64,000 bases of DNA from Cyanidioschyzon merolae (taxonomy: Eukaryota): the NCBI GenBank assembly GCA_000091205.1, contig AP006495.2. One strand, 5' to 3'. Below the pieces are notes generated by a model that worked only from the letters and a program-made list of their open reading frames with translations, searched no databases and had not been told where the DNA came from. Both the position numbers and the translations under genes were made by a program. Below are positions 11,552 through 22,278 of this stretch, piece after piece (the first letter of the stretch is position 1; each line of letters opens with the position of its first letter).

Positions 11552-11962
11552 GGCACCAGGCGTGCGCGATGTCCCATTTGTTAGTTATATACTATGAAGT
11601 GCAGATATTGAATTGTTATACGTCAATCATACTAAACTATCCATAAAAGACTCGAATTACGAAGCCGGTTGGCTGATCCTCAGTTCGTCGAGAACAGGAC
11701 GTGTGCGTCACGTCCGCAACGACTCTATACAAAACACTGTTAGCTTTGGTTTAGCGGATACGATCTGTTGTCGTCCAGTGATCGGGATGTGGGCAAGTAC
11801 CAGTGTATGACCTATATCCAAGTTCAATGAAAACCGATCGGGTCCAATTATCGATTTCGGGCGTGCAGCCGAAAGTTTTGGACTCTTCCCACGATCATCA
11901 ACACTACCATTTGTACGCTTTCTCGGCAGAAGATTCCGTTTTCTGTCGCTTTTGTTCGGATT

Positions 11963-12620
11963 TTAAGGTACTGGTCTCTGTCTTCTCTCCAGCTCCCTTG
12001 GCTGTAGTCGAAGGATGTTGATTGCAGCGTCAAGATCCCTAGGTCGCAGCATTCTGCAGCTGTCGAAGAAATCCATAGACAGACGGTCGGCGCGATCGAC
12101 GCTTCGCTGCACTTTTTTCATCTTCTTTGTACGTCCCTGAGGGGTGCATCCACCGCAGCCGTGACAATTGACCATCGCCAGGTGTTTCCATAAGCCTACG
12201 AAACCGAACGCGCTGGGCGCTGCCCTGTGTCGCGTCGAGATTTGCTTCATCGCTCCATCCACGCCCTTGGCGGATCCGGAAGGCTCGCCTCAATATCCTC
12301 CTTTGCTTCCGCTTCCGATGCCGTAACCTTAAACCACGGGCTTTATCTGGGCGATCCCTCGGAGAAGAAGCCGTGCTCGGCGCATGCAAGCGAGCGCTAT
12401 CCCACTCGGTGGTGACTCCATGGCGCGCAACGCCATCCATGATGGAATGAGCATCTGCAGGAAAATCCAGGCTGGAAAAGCCGCCGACAAGTCTCAGGTC
12501 GCCTACACTCCTTTGCGGCAAACCGGTGACGGTCGCTCCGCTGAAAGCGAGCCGGCGTGATGCCTGAGGCCCCAGCCGCCTCCCTGCAGAAGCAGACGAT
12601 ACACGAGCCTCTGGAAGCAT
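11963..12620 (-). pseudogene. Decayed TnpB/Fanzor-like (OMEGA RuvC nuclease) gene relic: the C-terminal zinc finger and RuvC-III motif are intact, the upstream part is frameshifted
   Basis: ORF 11963..12262 encodes '...NCHGCGGCT...DSCRM...RPRDLDAAINIL', a CxxC zinc finger followed by the (D/H)RDxNAAxNI RuvC-III signature of TnpB/Cas12. A possible RuvC-I-like 'SVGDLRLVGG' lies about 155 aa upstream in another frame (ORF 12039..12620). There is no continuous ORF. Confidence 0.4.
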
Positions 12621-14052
12621 ACCCCGTGTGCGGGATCATGCTGATGTCCATGCGGATTCGTCGATGGCCCGAAAGCGAGGAGGAATTGTGTTTCGGGCAG
12701 AATCGTTTATTTGACGTCAGCTGCTCAGTGGATATGCGGGATGAGCTCGCGATCCATTCGTCAAGAGACGACGTGGCGTTATTGGCTCGTAAATCCGGAC
12801 GCGCCCACGAGTTTGCTTGCAACTGGATGATCGAAGCATCGGAGCGCGCTCCATTGGAGGAAAACGAGGGGATTGGAGGCTTCTCCACATGCACTGATGA
12901 ATTAGCATCGGTTACGCTACGAGCCGTTGTTCGAGGCCGTCGCGAATGCTCTCCGTTCCGCAAGCGTAGCGAATTCTCGCGGCAAAGCGTCGCCCGAGCT
13001 ACCCCCAGACATACAACTGAGCACCCGAAAAGGACGGATGAAATCAAAAGTGCACATTGCTGCACTTCGAATCTCGATGCTGGCATCTAAAAATCGCTCC
13101 GAAAAATCGAAAAGCAGGAATAGAGCAGGTACTGAAACGTTGCATTTTCATCTGGTACTCGTGCAGTCGATACACACGCGATATTCACGATGCGCTCCAC
13201 GCCAGGATTCGACGCCACATCAGCGAGCGCGTCTTCGGCTTGTGGAACACGCACACAATGAACATTCAACGAAGGTCTCGTCCACGGTTTCCGACACCAG
13301 TCGCGCATTCCAATGAAATCTGCCCCGACTCGTCGACCTCAGTCCAGAGCCGGACCGCTGCATCCGGTGCAAAACCAAATGCCCGCAATAGGCTCGCTGC
13401 CCCCGCAGCGTCACGACACCAGACGACTCTCGCTCAAGCAACACGCTCCTGAGGCACGGGTCGTCCACTTTTCCACAGAAAACGTGAGCAGGCACCTGCG
13501 TGATCGCCAGCGTTCGCGCATCCGCAGAAATCCACCTGAATCCATCGATCACCTACTGAACGAAAGTATCGTAGCGCTTCTCTTCAAGTTCAACATGATC
13601 CTACGACGCCTGCAAAGCCAAACTGCTTATCCCGACACGCACCAGCAATCGAGCTGCAGAGGCACCCCATGAGACGCCCCAGGTCTTGATCGTGGCAGGC
13701 TACACCAAAACCTTGCGCCTGCATCGAGGTGTGTTTCTGTACTGCGTCGCGCCGTCGCTGCGTCGCCAACGGTCGACGCCGCCGGCGATGCTGCCGCTGC
13801 TGCGCCTGCGGCTGCTGATAAAGCTACTACTGCTTACCATCTCTTTCTGTTGTTGCTCGTGCCAAGCATACTACTTCGGGTGTGTCGTCAACGACAACGG
13901 CTGCATTCTAGGCCAGTTTCGAGTTTCCGAGCGTCAGGTTCCGTATAGCGCTTGGATTCTGCCTCGGCGTCGACGCGGGGCGTTGCCGCGAATCTCTCCC
14001 CAACGCGGCGTCAGTGCTTCCAGGCGGGTGTGCAGACGAACAGTGCGAAATC

Positions 14053-15828
14053 ATGTGCGGTATTTTCGCTATTATCGGGAATACGACGCGTTCGGAACAG
14101 GAGCTTGCTCAATTGACCTGCAAATGTACTGAGAAACTCCGACACCGAGGTCCCGACGAGTTCACCACAGAGGTCTACGGTGGCGGTTGGGCTGCCTTTG
14201 GCTTTGCGCGGCTGGCCATAAACGATCCAGCGCACGGACACCAACCGATGCGCAATGACCTCTCCACAGTTTTTGCGATAACAAATGGTGAAATCTACAA
14301 TCACGAAGAAATTCGACGTGACGCTTTGGGAAACCGCCCACTACACTCACACTCTGACTGTGAAGTCATTATCCCGCTGTACGAGAAGTTGCTGGGGGAG
14401 AACGCCGAACAAGCGACCTCGCGAACTGGTCCGGCGCTGGTTGAGCGGCTCTTGCTTCCTGCCAAGACCCTCTATGATATGCTTCGTGGCGTCTTCGCCA
14501 GTGTCTTGGTGGACCTCGAACGTGGCGTTTACGTTGCGGCACGCGACCCGGTTGGGGTTCGCGGAATGTTCGTAGGCGCCTCTGCAGATGGCGCGGTATG
14601 GATTGCCTCCGAGGCAAAGGCTCTCGTTGAGCACTGCGATCGTGTGGAAGCATTCAAGCCGGGAACGCTGATTGTTGGCGTTCGAGGTCAGGAGCGTGCC
14701 ACCGCTTTCACGTTTGAGCCGTGGTATGTGCCGCGCTTCCTCGCGGATGACTCGTGGACGCCAACTGCGCCAGCGAATCTGCAGCTACTCCATGATGCTT
14801 TTGTGGTGGCTGTTCGACGTCGCTTAATGGCGGACGTTCCTGTTGGGGTCTTCATCAGCGGCGGCCTGGATTCGAGTCTCGTTGCTGCGGTTGCGAAGCG
14901 CTATTTGGCTCCGGACTATGTTTTCCACTCTTTTGCATGCGGTCTGGCGGGCTCACCTGATTTGGCGGCTGCTCGCCGGGTTGCAGAGTTCTTGAAGACA
15001 GAGCACCATGAGCTCATCTTCACGGTGGAAGAGGGAATCGCCGCTCTGGATCGGGTCATATATCACTTGGAAACGTACGATGTGACGACAGTGCGAGCAT
15101 CAACGCCGATGTACCTGCTCTCCAAGCTCGTCAAGCAGTACGTGAAAGTGATTCTGAGTGGTGAGGGTGCCGATGAAGTGCTCGGTGGATACCTGTACTT
15201 CCATAACGCGCCCTCTGCGGCCGAATTCCAACGCGAGACTGTGCGCAGACTGCGTCTGCTTTACACCGCCGACGTACTTCGAGGCGACCGCAGTACAGCG
15301 GCGCATTGTCTAGAGCTTCGAGTTCCATTCCTGGATCGCGATTATCTCGATGTGGCAATGACAATCGATCCGCAAGAGAAAATGTGCGTTCCAGGAAAGA
15401 GAATGGAAAAATGGATCATGAGAGCCGCCTTCGATGAACATCTTGGTCCGGCACGAACGCGCTACCTTCCGGACGATATTCTTTGGCGACAGAAGGAGCA
15501 ATTCAGTGATGGTGTCGGTTACAATTGGATAGACGGCCTTAAGGCGTTCTGCGAGAGCCACGTTTCCGATGACGAGCTCCACAATGCAGCAGCGCGCTTC
15601 ACATACGATCCACCGACAACAAAAGAAGCGTACTACTATCGAATGATTTTCGAGAAACATTACGGTTCGTATCCATCAGCGCAAAGCCTGCGCTCATGCG
15701 TCCACAAATGGATTCCGCTTTGGTCGGAATCGACGGATCCAAGCGGCCGTGCTCAACGAGTACATCTCGCGAACGCTCGCCAGGAAAACCACTTGAAAGC
15801 GCCACAGAAACAGGAGCGAGCGAACTGA
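14053..15828 (+). CDS. ASN: Asparagine synthetase (glutamine-hydrolysing)
   Basis: The N-terminal 'MCGIFAI' carries the catalytic Cys2 of class II glutamine amidotransferases. 'SGGLDSS' is the PP-loop ATP pyrophosphatase motif, and the C-terminal region matches AsnB. The start was moved to the ATG at 14053 so that Cys follows Met directly. Confidence 0.9.
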   Translation: MCGIFAIIGNTTRSEQELAQLTCKCTEKLRHRGPDEFTTEVYGGGWAAFGFARLAINDPAHGHQPMRNDLSTVFAITNGEIYNHEEIRRDALGNRPLHSHSDCEVIIPLYEKLLGENAEQATSRTGPALVERLLLPAKTLYDMLRGVFASVLVDLERGVYVAARDPVGVRGMFVGASADGAVWIASEAKALVEHCDRVEAFKPGTLIVGVRGQERATAFTFEPWYVPRFLADDSWTPTAPANLQLLHDAFVVAVRRRLMADVPVGVFISGGLDSSLVAAVAKRYLAPDYVFHSFACGLAGSPDLAAARRVAEFLKTEHHELIFTVEEGIAALDRVIYHLETYDVTTVRASTPMYLLSKLVKQYVKVILSGEGADEVLGGYLYFHNAPSAAEFQRETVRRLRLLYTADVLRGDRSTAAHCLELRVPFLDRDYLDVAMTIDPQEKMCVPGKRMEKWIMRAAFDEHLGPARTRYLPDDILWRQKEQFSDGVGYNWIDGLKAFCESHVSDDELHNAAARFTYDPPTTKEAYYYRMIFEKHYGSYPSAQSLRSCVHKWIPLWSESTDPSGRAQRVHLANARQENHLKAPQKQERAN

Positions 15829-16491
15829 GCGAGAACGATGGAGTGCTGCCTGCTGCCACCGTTCACAGCAGTTGGCGCTCGATCGGTGAAACCGCAGGAC
15901 AACGAGCTGCCTACGTTGTGGACGCTCAGCGATCTCGAACTCGTCGTGAGATGCTGCGGGAAGGCGCTCCTTGACGAGAGGCATCTGGCATGATGTCCTA
16001 ATATCTGTCGTTGATACATGGGGCATCAACTTTACGAAAAAGAATCGGTTCTAAACAAGATCTGGGATACATGCAGCGCCGGGCGCGGAGCAACAATCTC
16101 TCTAGGCAAGGTTTGGCTACTGGTCTACATCGCGCCAGCACCGATACATGCGCTCGTCATTGCGTACAGTGCATACTATCGCGGAAAAGAGATACGACCA
16201 GGCCTGATAGCTGGCGTTCTCAACGATTCCGAGGCGTGTCGAGCGGTCCACGTATTGAAGAGGAGAGGATGCGGGTTCAGGAAGGCAGCGGCCGCGTGGG
16301 CTTACCGCTATCAGCGTCTTCAAGGGTGAAACGCAGAAACCCGAACCCGCAAGCGGTCCCCGCGGAACTATTTCAGAGCGCACCATATATTCCCCCACGA
16401 TAATCTCTCATCGAATACTTGGAATGCATCAGGGATGCGGTGCTGTTCCGGGGGGCGGAAAGCGCATCCTCCGCGAGGCCTCGCGACCAAC

Positions 16492-17088
16492 CTATCGCGT
16501 GGTGTAATGGTTGCGCAGAAACTCTGCTAGCCTCGAAGCAGCTCGGAAACGATGCGAAATCGCATTCTTCTCGCCTTCACTCATTTCAGCATACGTTTTC
16601 TCGTGTCCATCGGGTTGAAATATGGGATCCCAACCAAAGTTACGTTTCCCGCGAGGCACCACAATTCGCCCCAGCGTCTGGCCGGTGAACAGGTGCGGCT
16701 CCGCGTCGGCGTCTACGGCGAGCGCAAAGATACACTGCGCTGTTGCACGTTTATCGTCCCAGGCAGCGAGCAACTTTTCCATGCCTTCCGGCCCCAGGTT
16801 ACGCAAAAAGTACTTGACGTACGGACCAGGGAGTCCACCGAACGCGTGGTAACACAACTGCGTGTCTTCGACGAGGGCGGGTCCCTGGATCGCACGTGCA
16901 GCGTATCGACACTTTTCGCGCGCAATATCCTCGGCTTCACCTTGAATCTCAGGAAGGTCGATGTGTCGCGCCTCGATCGTCACTTCCATACCGACGAGGT
17001 CACGCAGAATCGCCCGCAGTTCAGCGAGTTTCTTCTCGTTACTGGTAACGAACGTCAGCGGCTTGTGTTGCGATAACCCCGTCAACAT
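16492..17088 (-). CDS. ITPA: Inosine triphosphate pyrophosphatase (Ham1/ITPA family)
   Basis: '[18 protein letters not shown]', '[11 protein letters not shown]...TYAEM' and '[10 protein letters not shown]' are Ham1 signatures. The start was set to the internal ATG (17088), which gives about 198 aa. Confidence 0.85.
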   Translation of the reverse strand: MLTGLSQHKPLTFVTSNEKKLAELRAILRDLVGMEVTIEARHIDLPEIQGEAEDIAREKCRYAARAIQGPALVEDTQLCYHAFGGLPGPYVKYFLRNLGPEGMEKLLAAWDDKRATAQCIFALAVDADAEPHLFTGQTLGRIVVPRGKRNFGWDPIFQPDGHEKTYAEMSEGEKNAISHRFRAASRLAEFLRNHYTTR

Positions 17089-18625
17089 AGCGGTCCGCGT
17101 AGACACTGCTCTAAAGCGACCTCGACTATGGCAACAGCAGTACCGTCCAGCGGAAACGTGTCGATGTCTACACCCGAGTACCGATAGCCCGACGGAAAAG
17201 CACACCAGGTGTCGCTGTCGCTGCATGGTAGCGTTCGGAGAGGCGACGCGTAGGCGCGCTTCCCGCTCGCCGCAGCGTCCGATGCATCGACAATGCGTCG
17301 AGGCATACCTGATCCGTTTCAACGATTACGTACTGTAGCATCATCAACTGGGACGTTGCTTGATGTTTTCTGACATTCCGTCCACGTTTGTGGTCGTGCA
17401 TGTCATGGTGCGGGTGCTAAGGTCACGAATTGACTCCCTCGAATAGAGATCGCGTAATCTTTTGGAGTATGGAAGGCGAGGTGTGGCGACGCTGCGGACG
17501 CGAAATCCTGATTCTCTTTATCATTGTTATCATCTAGAGAGGCTCTCGGTGCGTCCAGAAATCCCTAGTGAGATCGATGGATCTCGTATCGTATGATTCG
17601 ATGGTGACACCTCGACAGGATCCTGAGTCGTTTCACAAGACTTGCCCGAAAAGGTTATCGGCGCGTCCGAAAAATGCCCATCAGACTGAGCTTGTACGAG
17701 CCAGTCAAGTGCCGAGCAAACAGAAACGAACCGGCAGCCAGCGACTCGATACCAATTTCGTTCCAGCTTCACGGTGAACATTGAACGGGGGCAAACGTCT
17801 CCGTATTTTCGAACGTTGATCCGCATGATGGAAGGTCGCACGACCCGGACGTGTCCGGCGCGCTCGTGCCTCACGCCTCCCTCAGTTACCGGGTGATGTG
17901 GCGACACCTGAGCGACTCATCTGCAACGATGTTTTTGTTTTTAGATGAGAAAGCGGTAGGCTGCATGCTAGGCGTTGCCCTGGTTGCAGTACGCTCCTAG
18001 CAGATCGCTTCGCGCTACCGCAAGCAGTGCGTCTCTCTCCGCAGCTTGCTGGCTCCCAGTATCATAAAGAGTCCCGATTCCGTATTGAATAAAAGACACT
18101 TCGAGCCAACGTCTTCTCAGTCGTATGCCAATCCCGTTCTATGCTCGTGCTGCACCCGCACCAGCTGTACAGGGTTTATTCAGGGGACAGCAAGGCAGGT
18201 ACTCGCTGCGCGATAGAACGCACGAAACGACCAGTACAACCTATATCACATATAGGTTATGGAACTTGAGCGTATGGCACAGCATGATGGACAATTCCAT
18301 GAACCCTACTATCCATTCCGTGTCTGGGTTCCGTGGTCAATGGAAACATTTCGTCAAACAAGAAAATCAGACTGATATCTCGTACAATGAAGTACCTCAG
18401 TGGCGCGCGCTGCTTCGTTTCAGACTTGGCAGGCAGGTTCTGCACACGGACGCTCATTGGCTCGATTTCGCGCCCACTGCGGACAGAAAGACTGGTGTGG
18501 ACCTTGCGGAGCGTGGAGGCGTCTTCCGGTCAACTGTCGTCTCTTGGTTGGTCTCTGTGAGCCGCTGTGCACTTAGGAGGCTCTGGTCCGACGCAACAAT
18601 CTTCAAGGGTAAAGGCCAACTACGG

Positions 18626-19459
18626 ATGCAACCGCGGCTTCCAAGGCCTGCTCGGGCCGTTTTAGACACTTTTGCCAAGTGCGACTTCGCAGACTGGCTC
18701 TGCTTGCAACAACACTGGTCTGAACAGAGCACCACCGACAGAGGGCTTGTAGTGCGCTGGCTGGTCGCCGTGGGCGTACTGCTCGCCAGCGTCTTGGTAG
18801 TGCTCTACAATAGTCGCCGGCGGCGGCGTCGACTTCCACTGGTCGTACTCTTGTCGTGTCCAAGCGCTGAAACCGTCGCGAGCGGTGCTGGGAAAACGAC
18901 ACTCTTTTGGCGGCTTTGGAAAGGGCAACTGCCACGTTACGCGCCAGTGCCGTCGCAGCAGCCGAACGAGGCAGTGGTAACGCTGGACGACGGTGTGCGC
19001 TTTCTTCTGGTCGACCTGCCGAGTGATGCACGGGCGCGGGGAACCTGGGGACGGTTCACTTCGTTGGACAAGTTGAACGCTGCCGCCGTCGTCGTCGTTT
19101 ACGTCGTGGACGCGAAAACTGACTCTTTGACCCGAGAAGCGGAATATCTCTTTAGAGATATCGACGTGCGGGCGCTCCTCCAACGTGGCACCACCTGCGT
19201 CGTTCTTGCGAACAAAGCGGACCTCCGCACAGCCATGCCAGCCAAGGTGTTTCTAGCACGATGGATGCGGGAAGTAGAACGACTGGGGCATTCGAGGACG
19301 AATTCGCTGACCCCAGTGCTGGTCGATGAGTCGACCATCGCGCAGATTCCATCGCTCCGACGAGAGCAGCGCCTTATGCTGGTTCATGGAAGTGCCAAAA
19401 CTGGCGACTGTTTACCGAAACTGTACACTGTTATCCGAAGCGCCGTGCGTCACCGCTAG
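18626..19459 (+). CDS. Signal recognition particle receptor beta subunit-like small GTPase
   Basis: An N-terminal transmembrane anchor ('LVVRWLVAVGVLLASVLVVLY') is followed by the P-loop 'SGAGKTTLFWRL' and an Arf-like GTPase core ('VVDAKTD', 'LANKADL'). The start was chosen at the Met before the TM helix; the ORF extends further upstream without a recognisable domain. Confidence 0.6.
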   Translation: MQPRLPRPARAVLDTFAKCDFADWLCLQQHWSEQSTTDRGLVVRWLVAVGVLLASVLVVLYNSRRRRRRLPLVVLLSCPSAETVASGAGKTTLFWRLWKGQLPRYAPVPSQQPNEAVVTLDDGVRFLLVDLPSDARARGTWGRFTSLDKLNAAAVVVVYVVDAKTDSLTREAEYLFRDIDVRALLQRGTTCVVLANKADLRTAMPAKVFLARWMREVERLGHSRTNSLTPVLVDESTIAQIPSLRREQRLMLVHGSAKTGDCLPKLYTVIRSAVRHR

Positions 19460-21993
19460 CGGCACTCGATAACGACACCTGCGGCAAATGCACCCGAGAC
19501 CTCTAGCATGCGCCTGGGAGGCGTATTTGGCCACTTGTTTCGTAGAAGATGGAGACTGAAAATCTAATTGGAGATTCATCGAACAGGGATGGAAGCAAGT
19601 GTAGGCGTTTCGAGGACGCTAGCCTGTTGCGCACATCGATAGCGGTGGCACGAATGAGCGCTGCTCGGAAAGATGCTGCACGAGGCCTGCGTACTCCATG
19701 AGAATATGCATGTAGTAGTTTACATCGGAACCGTTTGGTTTGCTCCATGCCAGAGCTGCTTCTTGAAACAAACTGCATAGTCTAAGGCATGTATAACCGC
19801 TCCAAATGAAACTAGTGCATGATGTCTGGTATGCAAACGCCATTTTCTGCACATCTAACGGAAGCAACGGTGGAGGAATTGTTGGCAAGTTTCGCGCCTG
19901 TGAAGCTAAGCACGACGTGGCGGTCGGATACCTGTGAAAGTTGCGGGTTGCGCATCGTGACAATCGGCAATGCCAGCCGTTTCTACGGGCCAGTCGCATG
20001 TTCTCACTGGCTTCAGCGCTGCTGCAGTCAATGGGCGAACACGAGTCGACGACAACCATATCTGAGCAACGTGGACGCCGCCGCACAAGCTGAGTGCCAT
20101 GTCTTCTCGATTCTGGGCTCAACGGAGCGAACACGTTCCGCGACCATTACGTAAATGAATACCGACGTACAGACGCCTCCTGGCCTGTTTTGACCGGCTG
20201 ACTGCTATCGGTTTCAGTTTATACAGGCACACTTCGAGTCGGAGAGGCAACGCCGCAAAGTCGGCTTGCGTCAGCTCCGCGAGTTCCGTCTTCAGCACCA
20301 CATATCGTCTGCTATAGATGGCGGCGTTAAAGTCTCGGTTCACGAACTCCGTGCGTCAATTGTCGCTAGTTGAACTCACCAATGAAAGGATTCCTCGAAT
20401 TTGTGCCTCCTGTGCAACTACAGTTTCGTCGCGGTCCCGTAGGGCAAACGCTTTTTCTGGCCTGCCTCCCCTCGTCTTCTTCGTCACTCGCTCTTCATCG
20501 CTCCATGATTGGCGAAAAGGATATGTTTTTGATTTTTCTCCGGCAGCCGGCGGCACCGGCCCTCGAGGATCCCCGGATTCCGTGTCCATACCTTTTCCTT
20601 GGATTTTTTAAAATTGAAAATGAACGCACTTGTTTATGCCGTTAGTTAAGAACCCCCCAGCGTGGACAAGAACTTGCAGATGAAAGCGGTCATGTGCCCC
20701 GGTGTATCATCGTGTGCCGAACGCTTCAGCGATTCGCCCAGAGCAGTGATCATTCGTTTCAGGATAGAAAGCGCTCGTTCCATGGTGATGAATCCTGATG
20801 GCTATGGAGATACGATAAAAAGATCTATCCCGATAGGATCCGCAAAAGCTCGAATGCAAGGGGAATGGTGAAATACCGCGTTATCCAGTAGAGGGACGTC
20901 GCCAAGCGTCATGGAAAAGTCTTCAATGATTCGGCAGAGTGGTTGGTACTGTTGAATGAACCTCATGTAGGTGCAAAACTGAGGCCCCCAAATCAATCCA
21001 CTCCATCTAGAACAGATGATCTAGTCGTCCTCTTCGAGTTTGATCGTACATGCAACGGGCGCCCTGCACCGAGAATATCCACATACGCTCGGACCGTATC
21101 ATCCGAAGCACGTCTCATCGACTGAAAAAACAAACCAAAGTCCTTGTGCTTCGTGTTGATCGCTGAGTCCCAGGAACGCTGTCGTTCCGATTTCCGTGGA
21201 AGATGGCGTGCGCGAACTAGAACTTTAGCGACTGTATCGCAGCGGCTTCAGGATTCCACGAAAAAGCTGTTGAGAAACAGAGACGCCCATGCAGACTACC
21301 ATCTTCACCTTTGCCTCCCGTACAGTGTGATCAACGGGTCATTTTCTACCATTGAACGCAAACTGTCATTGAGAATACCGTGTTTTTGGTACAAAGCGCG
21401 CATACTTGTCTCTTTTAGGGCTCCTCAACCATTAGAGAACTCTGATATGACTGACATGCAAGAGGAATGCGGTCCTCCTTGCACCGTTCAGTAAAGAATT
21501 GATCCCACAGGCAATTCCTCTACGATCTATAAAATACATTGCATCGTGATCTCGATCTCATGCTTTATAATGCGAAAAAGCAATCGATTCCACGCTGCGG
21601 GAGTGGAACGGAATTGAGTTGAACGACTGCAATACATGCCATGCGATGTAAACCTGAAAGAGAAAACATCGCCTGTCTATGGTATATATAGAAGAACACA
21701 TATCCCAAGATATTTACAGGGAGCATGAAGCTTGGCAAGTCAAACACGAGCGCGCAGTCGCTACAGGCAGAGCGGACACGCGCACACATGCACCCGTCCG
21801 CCAGACGTGAGCTGTAGTTGCCGTCCCAGACGCTCTCTGGCCGCCTCTTACACGCACCTACAGTCTTGTTCGCTGCAAGGGAACTAGACGCGCTGCCAGC
21901 ACTACCGTAGAAGGCAGGATTCACCACCGCTTCACTTGGATGATGCGACGAAACGTCTCCACCGCGCGCCGTCACGCTTACGCAAGCTCCTGC

Positions 21994-22278
21994 TCAGCTG
22001 ACCCGGTTTCCTTGGTTCCGCCGGACGACCTCTTTCAGGCCTTCACGAAAGTCCTGCATCCACCTTGACCAGTGTACCGTTCTTTCTCGAACGCGCTCTA
22101 GGAGCTCCGTCGAAGTCTCCGCCCGGAGCGGCAGTGAGCGCGAACGTTCCGCCAGCTCTCGAAACGTGGTATGCGTCCGCAGCGCAAACCGCTGGAACAG
22201 CGCGCTATTTGCAAGGCCTTTGACCACGACTTCGTTCGCTAGCCAGTGGGCAATCCGTGCAATGATATCACCGCGCAT
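21994..22278 (-). CDS. Hypothetical small helical protein (94 aa) of unknown family
   Basis: The composition is protein-like ('MRGDIIARIAHWLANEVVVKGLANSALFQRF...WSRWMQDFREGLKEV') and it is the only coding-looking ORF in a 6-kb gap. I cannot assign a family from the sequence. Confidence 0.25.
   Translation of the reverse strand: MRGDIIARIAHWLANEVVVKGLANSALFQRFALRTHTTFRELAERSRSLPLRAETSTELLERVRERTVHWSRWMQDFREGLKEVVRRNQGNRVS

Noticed and set aside
12397-13086. 229-aa minus-strand ORF near the TnpB-like relic
   Set aside because: It is Ser/Arg/Cys-rich and low in complexity, with no TnpB (WED/REC/RuvC) motifs, so it is likely non-coding.
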